In this document: positions 10,101 to 19,258 of the stretch, piece after piece | Layout of the letters: every line of letters starts with the position of its first letter | Position numbering within the stretch: position 1 is the first letter of the stretch | Origin: Chthoniobacterales bacterium | Lineage (GTDB): Bacteria > Verrucomicrobiota > Verrucomicrobiia > Chthoniobacterales > Chthoniobacteraceae | Assembly (NCBI GenBank): GCA_038207335.1 | Contig: JBBQZX010000003.1 | Coordinates: forward strand, 1-64,000 | DNA: 64,000 nucleotides | Reading direction: 5' to 3' | The notes under the pieces: model-generated | Database searches by the model: none | Seen by the model: only the letters and a program-made list of their open reading frames with translations | What the model was told of the DNA's origin: nothing | Made by a program: the position numbers and the translations under genes

Positions 10101-10207
10101 ACCGCTTCCTTTGCGGCATCGAGACCGTAAGGCTTGTCTTCGGCGTGGAGTGAAAACGTCGTGGCGATCGAGACGCTGAGGATGGCAAGGGGCGTGCGCA
10201 TTTGCAT
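7160..10207 (-). CDS. PVC-type membrane-bound dehydrogenase domain / HEAT repeat / cytochrome c (CxxCH) protein
   Basis: Signal peptide; FAAEPMIQNPT...DTDGDGVAD propeller; HEAT-like repeats; CITCH haem motif and SMMPSGL distal Met. Confidence 0.88.
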   Translation of the reverse strand: MQMRTPLAILSVSIATTFSLHAEDKPYGLDAAKEAVSKMVTADGLQVSLFAAEPMIQNPTNIDVDPRGRVWATECVNYRKYLALRPEGDRVVILEDTDGDGVADKEKTFFQSKDLTNPLGICVIPQTKGTKVIVSAAPNVWLLTDADGDDVAEDAKVIFKITGEWNYDHQIHAFVMGPDGKFYFNSGNSINELKWPDGTNVKDEAGNEITNKGKPYRGGMVFRCDLDLETGKASHVETLGNNFRNNYEAAVDSFGTIWQSDNDDDGNKGVRINYVMQFGNFGFSDEITGSSWQTPRTNLEAEIPLRHWHQNDPGVVPNLLQTGGGSPTGILVNEGTLLGKMFTNQLIHCDAGPRTVRAYPVENDGAGYKATMVDILTSPQDTWYRPSDVAIAPDGSLLVSDWYDPGVGGHAMGDHDAAKIRGRIYRVAPKGVKATAPKFDFSTAAGAVAALQSPNRDTQYLAWETLHALGAKAQPALEQLWKSENPRFQARAIQLLARIPGGAARAVDAAITAGEPNLRIVGIRLAQEVDADLLTILSKLAHDPSAQVRRECALALRGNTSPEAAKLWTTLAQQYDGKDRWNLEALGIGAAGNDDLDFTTWLAAVGDKWNTPAGRDIVWRLRTAKAADYLAKIIGDKAVSDEAKPKFVREFDFLAESPEKTKALVKLVSANAGDAITGEALQRLSKTDAANSPEVKTATEHVLDVARGKPRLVELVRDFKIQGQGTALLDVAVKNPTDPAAVEAVRMALAEPEAAKTVAIALSQPDGAKLIDLLGANAERGGLAILLGLMNDPNANIAHRTAAAQALARSPKGVEAILKLATENKFPQDLKLVATGALNSVQFAQFKDQIAQLFPAPNALGGKPLPPMSELAKEKGDAAHGKALFAKAETTCITCHRVGDVGVDFAPALSEIGTKLGKEAIFESIINPNAGISMGFETWQIETKNGGAAIGIVRSETKNELVLALPMGITTKFAKADISKREKLAASMMPSGLNQALSQQDLVDLVEYLASLKKK

Positions 10208-10227
10208 GTGGTGGAAATTCGAGAGTG

Positions 10228-11157
10228 TTACTTCGTGGTTGGCGTGGCCGGAGCGGCGGCCTTTTTCGGTCCCTTCGGATCGAGGTTCGCGTCGAGCTCT
10301 TCGGCGGTGACTGTCGATGCCACGCCTTCCGCTGGCACCGCTGCTTTCGCCGTCCAGAGGATCGCGTTCAGCACGAGCTTGCGCTGGTCGTTGTTGCCCC
10401 AGCCTTTGTGATAATGCCCGCCGCTGAAGCCGAACCCGCGACCGCCATCCGGGCGCTCAACCGCCCACGAGACGTGCTGCGGTTTGCCTGCTGCGACTTC
10501 TTCACGGACTGCCGGATTTCCCTCATGTGGGCCGTCTTTCCGATCCATAGTGCTGGCCGGCGCGACCGCCGTGAGGATCGGCGTGATGCCGTCCATGCTG
10601 TCCTTGAAACGCATGTGAAAGTACCATTCGTCGTTGGTCGAAAAGGGCCTCACGCCGTTCGTGATCGGCGTCTTCGGTAACTCCTTGAAGTCCGCCGTCC
10701 AGTGAGGATTCACCGACCAGTTCGACTCGAAAAAACCGCCGAGCCATTCTTTGAATTCCGGCCCGCCCTTTTCCGTCGGGACTTCGACTGCGTAGTGCAG
10801 GCAGACAAAGCCGCACCCGCGCTTCATCTGCTTGCCGAGGTCGGCGAGATGTTCATCCGCGAGCGCCGGATGTCCGCCACCGCCATCGGAATAAATCAAG
10901 ATCGTGTCCGCGCCCGCGAGTTCGTCCGCGCTCGGCCACTCGGCGTTGAGATGCGTCTTAACATCGACCTCGCTGCCAGCGCCTTCGCGCAGACATTTCG
11001 CGAGAAGTTGGATGCCTGCATTGTGCTCGTGCTCGCCGGGCCCGTGGCTTTGCTTTCCTGCGATCATGACGACGCTTTTCTTCTCGTCGGCGGCGTGGAG
11101 CGAAAGTGGGAAGCTGACGGCAACAGCGGCCAGCAGTGTGAGGAGGCGGTTTTTCAT
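10228..11157 (-). CDS. Secreted ThuA (trehalose utilisation)-like domain protein
   Basis: Signal peptide; SHGPGEHEHNAG, CLHYA, DEWYF, GGRGFGFSGGH motifs. Confidence 0.8.
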   Translation of the reverse strand: MKNRLLTLLAAVAVSFPLSLHAADEKKSVVMIAGKQSHGPGEHEHNAGIQLLAKCLREGAGSEVDVKTHLNAEWPSADELAGADTILIYSDGGGGHPALADEHLADLGKQMKRGCGFVCLHYAVEVPTEKGGPEFKEWLGGFFESNWSVNPHWTADFKELPKTPITNGVRPFSTNDEWYFHMRFKDSMDGITPILTAVAPASTMDRKDGPHEGNPAVREEVAAGKPQHVSWAVERPDGGRGFGFSGGHYHKGWGNNDQRKLVLNAILWTAKAAVPAEGVASTVTAEELDANLDPKGPKKAAAPATPTTK

Positions 11158-11208
11158 GGGTGTGGGATTTTTGGGGTTGGTGTTTTTGATCCGGGAACGG
11201 GGAGAAAC

Positions 11209-12477
11209 TTAGCCAGCCTGCGTTTGGCTTCGTGAGCCGGAGAGGTGGGCGAGGATTTCTTCGGCGGGCACGAGCGTCTCTTCGCGCGTGGCCAGGGTCT
11301 TCGCCTTGAGCTGTGGCCACTCGTCGCCAACGAGGATCGCGGTCGTCGCGCCGAGCGTTTCGGCGGTTTGGAATTGCTTGCCGATTTTCGTTTCTGTCAG
11401 GGGAAAATCGACGCGGTGTCCGGCTTCGCGGAGCTGCTGCACGAGCGCGAGCGCATCGGCACGGCGCTCCTCTTTTGCGACGACGACGTAGATTTGGATC
11501 GTGGAATTTTGCGCGAGCCACGCGTTCATTTGCGCCTTCGCCGCAGGCACGTCGGCGATGAGATTTGCGAGCACGACATCCCCCATTCCGAATCCGAGCG
11601 CGGGCAGGTTCACTTTGCCGTCGCTCATCAGGCTGAGGAGATTGTCGTAGCGTCCGCCGCCCGCGAGCGCGCGTTCCTTTTTGCTGCGATCGAAGACCTC
11701 AAATACGAAGCCGGTGTAGTAGGCGAGGCCGCGGACGATCGTGAGATCGAGTTCAATGTAGTCCGCGAGGCTGCGCGCGCGGAGGTCGTTGGCGATCGTT
11801 TTCAAGCCCGCCGCTTCGCTCGCAGGATCGCGGAGAAACTGCTCCACCGACTCGATCGCGAGTCCGAAATCGCCGAGCTTTTTTGAGGTGTCCTCGCGTG
11901 TGGCGCGCTCCATTTTATCGATGATCTCGAGCAGCCGCGGGACATTCTCCTCCGGCACGCCGCGCGATGTCGCGAATGCCGTCCACGCGCCGCGGTCGCT
12001 CACGCGCACGACGAAATCCGCGCTCGTGAGTCCGAAGCTCCGCAGCGTGTCGATGAGCACCGCGAGCAGCTCCGCATCCGCCGACGGCGACGCTTCGCCG
12101 ATGATGTCCGCATTCATCTGATAGAACTCGCGCAGGCGTCCGCGCTGCTGCTTTTCGTAGCGGAAAAATTGCGGGACGCAGAACCACTTGAGCGGCTTTT
12201 TGAAGTCGCGCTCCCGCGCCGCGACCATGCGCGCGAGCGTCGGCGTCATCTCCGGGCGCATTGCGACATGGCGCTCGCCTTTGTCCGTAAATTCGAAGAG
12301 CTGCCCGACCAATTCACCGCCACTCTTCTTTTCGTAGAGCGCCATCGGCTCGAGCACTGGCCCGTCGTATTCGAAAAAGCCGTAGCGCCGCGCAACCTCA
12401 CGCCACTTCGTCAGGATGTAATCGCGGCGCGCGCATTCATCGGGGTAAAAATCGCGAAAGCCGGGCAGGGGCTGCAT
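11209..12477 (-). CDS. hisS: Histidine--tRNA ligase
   Basis: PGFRDFYP, RPEMTPTLAR, RYEKQQRGRLREFYQ, RGLAYYTG, GGGRYD. Confidence 0.97.
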   Translation of the reverse strand: MQPLPGFRDFYPDECARRDYILTKWREVARRYGFFEYDGPVLEPMALYEKKSGGELVGQLFEFTDKGERHVAMRPEMTPTLARMVAARERDFKKPLKWFCVPQFFRYEKQQRGRLREFYQMNADIIGEASPSADAELLAVLIDTLRSFGLTSADFVVRVSDRGAWTAFATSRGVPEENVPRLLEIIDKMERATREDTSKKLGDFGLAIESVEQFLRDPASEAAGLKTIANDLRARSLADYIELDLTIVRGLAYYTGFVFEVFDRSKKERALAGGGRYDNLLSLMSDGKVNLPALGFGMGDVVLANLIADVPAAKAQMNAWLAQNSTIQIYVVVAKEERRADALALVQQLREAGHRVDFPLTETKIGKQFQTAETLGATTAILVGDEWPQLKAKTLATREETLVPAEEILAHLSGSRSQTQAG

Positions 12478-12592
12478 GGGGTGGTTGAGAGTGGGAGTTG
12501 AAAACTGAGCGTCGGAAGCGCGCGGGGCGCGGAGCATTGACGGAAAGGGGGCGGCCTCTCAACTCTCAACTGACAACCCTCGAATTCCCGAC

Positions 12593-13618
12593 GTGCTCCG
12601 CTCTCTCAAGCTCCGCCATTTTCGCTGCTTTGAGGCGAGCGAGACGGAGTTCGCGCCAGGCATGAATTTCATCGTCGGGCCGAATGCGCGCGGCAAAACG
12701 TCGCTGCTCGAAGGCGCGTGCATTTTGCTCCGGTTGCAGTCGCCGCGGGTGTCGAAGCTCGGTTTCGTCATCCAGCACGAGCGGCGCGGATTTGCGGTCG
12801 ATGGGCGCTTTGGCGAGCGGCACATGCAGTTCTATTTTTCGCGTGAGCGGAAAAAACTCGCGCTCGATGAAGTCGAGCAAAAGTCGGCGCTCGAATACGC
12901 GCAGATCGCGCGCGTCGTGTATTTTTCAAACTCCGACATCGAGATCGTGCGCGGAAGCGGCGAGGTGCGGCGGCGCTTCCTGGATTTCATCGCGGCGCAG
13001 CGCGACAGCGGCTACCGCACCGCGTTGCGGAACTATGAACGCGCGCTGCGTTCGCGTAATCTTTTGCTCAAAAATCCGAGTCCGCACTGGCGTGAAATCG
13101 CGGCGTTCGACGAGCCGTTGCTGGCCACCGGAACGCGCATCACGCAGTCACGCGCAGCGCTCATCGACGAGCTGCGAGAGCCCGTGAATGCAGCGCACGC
13201 GGCGATCAGCGGCGCGAGGGAAATGCTCCGACTCGACTACATTCCCGGCAGCGGCAGCGACTTCGCGGCTGCGCTTGCCGCATCAAAAATAGAGGACGCG
13301 CGGCTGCGCCAAACCTGCACCGGCCCGCATCGCGATGAGCTGCGCTTTTTCCTCAACGAACAGTCGTCCGACTTCGCATCCGAGGGGCAGCAGCGCACCG
13401 TCGTCCTCGCGCTAAAGCTCGGCGCCTCGCAGCTCCTCGCGCAACATTTTCAAGCTCCTCCCGTGCTGCTTCTCGACGACATTTTCGGCGAGCTCGATCC
13501 CGACCGTCGCAACGCCCTCCTCGCAGCGCTCCCGCCCGACTCGCAGCGCCTCATCACAACTACACACCTCGACTGGATGGGTTCCGGCGAGGTCGGAAAT
13601 GTCATTCGCCTGAGCTGA
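12593..13618 (+). CDS. recF: DNA replication/repair protein RecF
   Basis: GPNARGKTS Walker A, RRRFLD, GPHRDEL, ASEGQQRT, LLLDDIFGELD. Confidence 0.95.
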   Translation: MLRSLKLRHFRCFEASETEFAPGMNFIVGPNARGKTSLLEGACILLRLQSPRVSKLGFVIQHERRGFAVDGRFGERHMQFYFSRERKKLALDEVEQKSALEYAQIARVVYFSNSDIEIVRGSGEVRRRFLDFIAAQRDSGYRTALRNYERALRSRNLLLKNPSPHWREIAAFDEPLLATGTRITQSRAALIDELREPVNAAHAAISGAREMLRLDYIPGSGSDFAAALAASKIEDARLRQTCTGPHRDELRFFLNEQSSDFASEGQQRTVVLALKLGASQLLAQHFQAPPVLLLDDIFGELDPDRRNALLAALPPDSQRLITTTHLDWMGSGEVGNVIRLS

Positions 13619-14252
13619 CTTTTTCCGCCGGATCGGGTGCCGGTAGCGTCGTATTCGCCGCGTCGGTCTTGCGGTAGATGCGGCGGCGATTGGACCAACG
13701 GAGGACTGCCACGATGATGAAGCCGAGGATGATCGCACCGATGATGAGCTTACGGTGCGGGTGGGAGCCCTGCACTTTTCCGATGAGTCGCAGCGCCCAG
13801 CCGGTGCAGTGAAATGCGATCGTCGCGAGAATGCTGCCCCACACGGCGAGGCCGAGCGTTTCCACGGCGAGAAACCGCGCATATTTCAGATGATGGATGC
13901 CCCAGAAAACCGAACTCGGATTGCGGGTGCCGTAGATGAAGCGGGCGATGAAAAGCTGCCAGACGCCGAAGCGTTCCGCGAGTCGCTCCACGAACGGGCC
14001 GACGCGCTGATAGACTGTGCTGGACTTGATCCAACGCGAATTGTGGTGGCCGATCCAGAACCAGAATGAGTCGTGAACGAGCGCGCCGGCGATGGCCGCG
14101 AGGATCGCGAAAACGGGGTTGAGATTCGGCGTGATCGGGTTGTCGTCGGGCAGCTTTGTGACGACGCCGATGGCGATGAATGCGACATCGTTCTCGATGG
14201 CCGCGAGGAGGAATGCGGCCCAGATGCCATAGGTGTTGAGAAACTCTGTCAT
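13602..14252 (-). CDS. DedA family membrane protein
   Basis: Hydrophobic; DSFWFWIG and ARFIYGTR DedA-like motifs. Confidence 0.8.
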   Translation of the reverse strand: MTEFLNTYGIWAAFLLAAIENDVAFIAIGVVTKLPDDNPITPNLNPVFAILAAIAGALVHDSFWFWIGHHNSRWIKSSTVYQRVGPFVERLAERFGVWQLFIARFIYGTRNPSSVFWGIHHLKYARFLAVETLGLAVWGSILATIAFHCTGWALRLIGKVQGSHPHRKLIIGAIILGFIIVAVLRWSNRRRIYRKTDAANTTLPAPDPAEKVSSGE

Positions 14253-14412
14253 CGGGAAAATCGAGCGGGGGGGCGCATTCATTATACGGCTCGCCGCGCG
14301 AGTGCACGCGGCATGATGCACGAATCATCGGGGACACGTTTTTTGCGCGCCGCGTTCGATTATTTTTCGCGGTGCAAAGCGCGCGCGGGCGTCTAGGCTC
14401 CCGCCTTTTTCC

Positions 14413-15747
14413 ATGGAAAAATCGACGCAGACAACCCGCGCACTTTACGACGAATATGTCATCCCGACGTATGGCCGATTCGAGTTGCAGCTCGCGCGCG
14501 GCGAGGGCGCTTGCGTGTGGGACGAGGCGGGAAAACGTTACCTCGATTTCGGCGCGGGCATCGCGGTGACGTCGATCGGGCACTGCCATCCAAGGGTCGT
14601 GAAAGTCATGCGCGAACAGATGGGATCGCTCGTCCACACGTCGAATCTCTACTACACGCGGCCACAGGCGCTGCTCGCGGAGCGGCTTGTGCGCTTGATC
14701 GGCGCACCAGGAAAGATTTTTTTCTGCAACAGCGGAGCGGAGGCGAATGAGGCGCTTTACAAGCTCGCGCGGAAATTCGGCCACGACGGCGCGGCACCTG
14801 CGCCGCGGCATACGGTCGGCGAGTTGATCGAGCCGTGCCAGAATCCGCACGAGATCATCACGATGCTCGGGTCGTTTCACGGGCGCACGCTGGCGGGCAT
14901 CGCAGCGACGGGGCAGGAGAAGGTGAAGAAAGGGTTTGAGCCGATGGTCGAGGGTTTCTTGCACGTGCCGTTTAACGACCCGGTCGCGCTCGCTGCAGCG
15001 GTGCAGCGGCCGGGCGCGATCGCGGTGCTGCTCGAGCCGATCCAGGGCGAGATCGGTGTGAGCCCCGCGAGCGCGGATTTTCTGCGCGAAGCGCGGACGC
15101 TGTGCGACCAAAACGGGCTGCTGCTGATGTTCGATGAAGTGCAGTGCGGGCTCGGCCGCACGGGCGACTGGTGCGGCTGGAAGACGCTGCTCGGCACGGA
15201 CGAAATGCTGCCCGACGCGGTGAGTTGGGCGAAGGGAATCGCGGGCGGTTTTCCGCTCGGCGCGATCTGGGTGAGCGACCGCGCGGTGACTTTGAAAAAC
15301 GGCGACAGGAAGCCGCTCTGCGACCTGCTCGGGCCCGGCACGCACGGCACGACTTTCGGCGGCACGCCGCTCGTCTCGGCAGGCGCGAATGAAGTGCTGG
15401 CGGTCATCGAAGAGGAGGGAATGCTTGCAAATGCGCGCACGCTTGGCGCTCACGCAAAGTCCGCGCTGGAGGCGCTCGCGTCGCCGCTCATCGCGGAGGT
15501 GCGCGGCGTCGGGCTCATGATCGCGTTCGAGCTGGCGGGCGATTTTGCAGAGAAAGTCGAGGTGCCGGACGGGCGCACGAATGCGTTGCATGTCGTCATC
15601 GAATTGCACGCCGCGGGGCTGCTCACCGTGCCCTCCGGCGCAGGTGCCGTGCGCTGGTTGCCGCCGCTTAATGTCACGCACGCGGAGATCGACGAGGCCG
15701 TGGAAATCACGCGTGGCGTCTTGCAGCGAATCACGAAAACCACATGA
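14413..15747 (+). CDS. argD: Acetylornithine aminotransferase
   Basis: NSGAEANEA, SFHGRT, FDEVQCGLGRTG, AKGIAGGFP; upstream of argF. Confidence 0.92.
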   Translation: MEKSTQTTRALYDEYVIPTYGRFELQLARGEGACVWDEAGKRYLDFGAGIAVTSIGHCHPRVVKVMREQMGSLVHTSNLYYTRPQALLAERLVRLIGAPGKIFFCNSGAEANEALYKLARKFGHDGAAPAPRHTVGELIEPCQNPHEIITMLGSFHGRTLAGIAATGQEKVKKGFEPMVEGFLHVPFNDPVALAAAVQRPGAIAVLLEPIQGEIGVSPASADFLREARTLCDQNGLLLMFDEVQCGLGRTGDWCGWKTLLGTDEMLPDAVSWAKGIAGGFPLGAIWVSDRAVTLKNGDRKPLCDLLGPGTHGTTFGGTPLVSAGANEVLAVIEEEGMLANARTLGAHAKSALEALASPLIAEVRGVGLMIAFELAGDFAEKVEVPDGRTNALHVVIELHAAGLLTVPSGAGAVRWLPPLNVTHAEIDEAVEITRGVLQRITKTT

Positions 15748-16646
15748 AAAATCTCCTCTCGATCGAATCGCTCAGTCCTGCCGAGCTCGTCGAAATCCTC
15801 GACCTCGCCGCCGAGATGAAAGCCACGCGCGGGCGCCACGCGGAGCATCCGCTGCGGCATCAGTGCTGGGCGCTCATTTTCAGCAAGTCATCGACTCGGA
15901 CGCGTGTGAGCTTCGAGGTCGGCATTCGCGAGCTCGGCGGCGACGTGATGTTCCTCTCGGCGAACGACATCCAGCTCGGACGCGGAGAGCCGATCAAGGA
16001 CACGGCGCGCGTCATGGGGCGCATGTTGCACGGCGCAGTGATCCGCACTTTCGCGCAGAGCGACGTCGAGGATTTTGCGGAATTCAGCGGCATCCCGACG
16101 ATCAACGCGCTCACCGACGGCGAGCATCCGTGCCAGATTCTAGCGGACTTGCAGACGATTCGAGAGCGCCTCGGGATGTTTGAAAAGCGCGTCGTCACGT
16201 TCATCGGCGATGGCGCGTGCAACGTGCCGGTCTCGTGGATGTGGGCGGCTGCGAAGCTGGATTTCGAGCTGCGGATCGCGGCACCGCCGGCGTTCCAACC
16301 CCCGCCGGAACTGCTCGCGAAGATCGGGTCGTCGCGCATCTCCGTGACCGACGATCCGGACGCCGCAGCGGACGGCGCGGACGTGCTCTACACCGATGTC
16401 TGGGTGAGCATGGGGCGCGAAGATGAGACCGCTTTCCGCCTCGCGCAGCTCGGGAAATATCAGATCGATTCCGCGCTCGTCGCGAAGGCAAAGCCCGGCG
16501 CGCTGGTGATGCACTGCCTCCCGGCGTATCGCGGAAAAGAGATCGACGACGCGACGTTTGAGCAGCACGCGGGCACGATTTTCGACCAGGCCGAGAACCG
16601 TCTGCACGCGCAAAAAGCTGTGCTCAGCCTCCTCGCCAGTCGCTGA
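15744..16646 (+). CDS. argF: Ornithine carbamoyltransferase
   Basis: SSTRTR, HPCQ, TDVWVSMG, HCLP, AENRLH. Confidence 0.97.
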   Translation: MKNLLSIESLSPAELVEILDLAAEMKATRGRHAEHPLRHQCWALIFSKSSTRTRVSFEVGIRELGGDVMFLSANDIQLGRGEPIKDTARVMGRMLHGAVIRTFAQSDVEDFAEFSGIPTINALTDGEHPCQILADLQTIRERLGMFEKRVVTFIGDGACNVPVSWMWAAAKLDFELRIAAPPAFQPPPELLAKIGSSRISVTDDPDAAADGADVLYTDVWVSMGREDETAFRLAQLGKYQIDSALVAKAKPGALVMHCLPAYRGKEIDDATFEQHAGTIFDQAENRLHAQKAVLSLLASR

Positions 16647-16656
16647 GGCTCCAGCG

Positions 16657-17610
16657 ATGCTCGCCTACTTCGTCGATCAGTTTAGCCCGTTCATTTTCGA
16701 GATCCGTCCGGGCATCGGGCCGCGCTGGTATGGGCTCGCGTACATCCTGGCGTTTGCCATCGGCTACGCGCTCTATTTTCGCCTCGCGAAACGCGGCTAC
16801 ACCGAGATGCCGCCGGCGCAGGTCGGCGACTTCATCACGTGGGCGGCGGTCTTCGGCGTCATGCTCGGCGGGCGGCTCGGGTGGACGATTTTTTATGGGT
16901 TGAAGCAGGACCATTCCGGCGACCTGTGGTATTGGCCGTTCGAGGTGTGGAAGGGCGGGATGTCCAGCCACGGCGGCATCATCGGGCTCGTGCTCTTCAC
17001 GCTGTTTTGGGCGCGGCGGCACCGGCTCTCGTGGACGAGCATCGGCGATTCTCTGTGCGTCGTCGCGCCGGTCGGATTGTTCATCGTGCGCTGCGCGAAT
17101 TTCATCAACGGCGAGCTCTACGGAAAGCTCTCGCAAGTCTCCTGGGCCGTGATTTTCCCCGGCGAGATGCGCGACAATCTCTACCTCTTCGGACGCGTGG
17201 CCACGCTCGCGCATCGCGACGATCTCCAGACGCCCGATGCCTTCATCGATGCCGCGCGCAGCGACGGCCACCTCACGCAAATTCTCGCATCCGTCCTCCC
17301 GCCGCGGCACCCGTCGCAGCTCTACGAAGCGCTGCTCGAGGGCGTCGTGCTCTTCGCGATTCTCTGGACGATGCGCACGCGTTTTTGCGTGCCGCGCGGT
17401 GTCATCACGGGCTCGTTTTTCATCCTCTACGCGCTGCTGCGGATCATCGGCGAAATGTTCCGCGTGCCCGATCCCGCGTGGTCGGTCGGGCACTTCTCCG
17501 CGGGGCAATTCCTCTCGCTGTTTCTCTTCCTCATCGGCGGCGCATTCATCGCTTGGGGACTGCGCACGCAGCAGTATGAGCGCGCATTTTCACCCCCCGC
17601 CACACCGTGA
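16657..17610 (+). CDS. lgt: Prolipoprotein diacylglyceryl transferase
   Basis: RWYGLAY, GGRLG, GGMSSHGG, NFINGELYG, HPSQLYE. Confidence 0.96.
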   Translation: MLAYFVDQFSPFIFEIRPGIGPRWYGLAYILAFAIGYALYFRLAKRGYTEMPPAQVGDFITWAAVFGVMLGGRLGWTIFYGLKQDHSGDLWYWPFEVWKGGMSSHGGIIGLVLFTLFWARRHRLSWTSIGDSLCVVAPVGLFIVRCANFINGELYGKLSQVSWAVIFPGEMRDNLYLFGRVATLAHRDDLQTPDAFIDAARSDGHLTQILASVLPPRHPSQLYEALLEGVVLFAILWTMRTRFCVPRGVITGSFFILYALLRIIGEMFRVPDPAWSVGHFSAGQFLSLFLFLIGGAFIAWGLRTQQYERAFSPPATP

Positions 17611-18524
17611 AGCTCCTCCTCATCGACGGCCACTACTACGTCTATCGCTCCTTCTTCGCGATCCGTGAGCTGAGCAATTCGCGCGGCGAGCCGACCAACG
17701 CGATCTACGGCTTCATCAAAACCGTGCGCCGCATGGTGAAAGACCTCGCCCCCGACCTCGGTGCAGTCGTGTGGGACATGGGGATGCCGAAGCGCCGCAC
17801 CGACCTCCAGCCCGCCTACAAACAGCAGCGCACGGAGATGCCCGACCTCATGCGCCCGCAGCTCGGCGCGATCCAGCGCATCGTCCCGCTGCTCGGTTTC
17901 GCGAGCGTCGGAACGGAGGACACCGAGGCCGATGACCTTATGGCAAGCTACGCGTGCGAAGCGCGTAGCGCCGGGGACGAAGTCATCCTCGCGACCAACG
18001 ACAAAGACCTCTTCCAGCTCGTCGATGATCGGGTCAAAATCTACACCACCTCGAAGCTCGACGTCGCCTCTCCGTCAGACACGCACGCGCTGCTCGGGGC
18101 GGAAAAAGTGCGCGCCAAGTGGGGCGTCGAGCCCGGCCAAATCGGCGAAATCCTCGCCCTCATCGGCGACTCCGTGGACAACATCCCCGGCGTCAACGGC
18201 CTCGGCCCGAAGAACGCCGCCGCGCTCATCCGCGACCACGGTGGGCTCGATGCGATTTTGGATAATCCCGGCATCGTGAAGAACGAGCGTATCCGCGAAA
18301 AGCTGCGCGCCGCGCGGGAGCAGATCATCCAAAATCGCGAGATGGTCCGCCTCGACCTCGACCTCCCGCTCCCGGTCCCCCGCCTCGAACTCGGTATCCG
18401 CCCCCGTTACCCCGAACTCCTCGCCGAGCTCGCGGCGTGTGAATTCAAATCCCTCCTAGCCGAAGTCCAAGCCGAAGCCGCCAAAGCCGCGCCACCGCAG
18501 CGGCAGCAGGGAGAGTTGTTTTAG
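17607..18524 (+). CDS. Standalone 5'-3' exonuclease / flap endonuclease (PolA N-terminal domain family)
   Basis: LLIDGH, EADD, DKDLFQL, LIGDSVDNIPGV H3TH motif; no polymerase domain. Confidence 0.92.
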   Translation: MKLLLIDGHYYVYRSFFAIRELSNSRGEPTNAIYGFIKTVRRMVKDLAPDLGAVVWDMGMPKRRTDLQPAYKQQRTEMPDLMRPQLGAIQRIVPLLGFASVGTEDTEADDLMASYACEARSAGDEVILATNDKDLFQLVDDRVKIYTTSKLDVASPSDTHALLGAEKVRAKWGVEPGQIGEILALIGDSVDNIPGVNGLGPKNAAALIRDHGGLDAILDNPGIVKNERIREKLRAAREQIIQNREMVRLDLDLPLPVPRLELGIRPRYPELLAELAACEFKSLLAEVQAEAAKAAPPQRQQGELF

Positions 18525-18571
18525 TTTCGTTCGACCGATCTGTTCGGATGAACGGGATGACGTGTTCTGTA

Positions 18572-18617
18572 GCTCGTCCCGAACGCTGGTTTCGGCGTGC
18601 CGCCGGGACGAACTTTC
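18572..18617. repeat. REP-like palindromic repeat (half copy)
   Basis: GCTCGTCCCGAACGCTGGTTTCGGCGT...CGAACTTT is nearly identical to the sequence starting at 30767. Confidence 0.7.
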
Positions 18618-19005
18618 GGGGATGGCAGAGTAGGAGTTAGGGTTTCTCTCTGTGGTGGGCCTCGACATAAGGTCAGAGTGCCCCCGCAGAGGGCCTTTGC
18701 GGGGGTATTTTGAGGCTCTGCGGGGGCAGTTTACATCTGATGCGGTGGTGCATGAGCTCCGAAGTGGGGGCGCATCGAGCCGTCGCGGAGGCGAGCGAAG
18801 CCGATGTGAGGGCGCTCCGGGACGGAGCGGTTGCAATCCGACGCGATGTGGGCGCGCGGGGAGCCGATACGGGCTCACTTTGGCAAAAATCAGGTGCTCG
18901 GCGAGGTGAAGCAGGGGCTCGCGATGCTGATGCGTTGGCAGGTGGAATCGGAGTGCAGGCACGGCAGCGCGGATTTCCGGGGTGGCTCAGTTTGGATTCG
19001 GGGTT

Positions 19006-19059
19006 GTAGGGCTGCGATCTTCGCCGCCCGGAGGCAGGCGGCCAAAATGGCCGCCCTAC
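19006..19059. repeat. GTAG-type REP doublet (REPIN-like)
   Basis: GTAGGGCTGCGATCTTCGCCGCCC ... GGCGGCCAAAATGGCCGCCCTAC: two inverted GTAG-headed hairpins. Confidence 0.7.
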
Positions 19060-19258
19060 AAACGTCAAACGATTGACGTATTCCTGCGACGCCCGTTGCG
19101 CGGACGAATTATTATCCATGGTCAGATAGGTTGCCAAGTTGGCGCTGCGCGTTCCTTTTCGCTGGGAGGAACGCGGCTCGCGGCGGGGCGCGAAGTTTGG
19201 ATTGCCCCACCCCCGAGCGGGGTGGTAGATGTGCGGGCGGTAATAATTTCATCACCCC

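Noticed and set aside
6142..11157. ThuA + CxxCH dehydrogenase + Gfo/Idh/MocA cluster as a novel system
   Set aside because: These families are abundant and commonly adjacent in PVC genomes; nothing distinctive here.
18652..19137. Short ORFs in the exonuclease-acs gap
   Set aside because: They overlap REP palindromes and lack motifs or a clear RBS.
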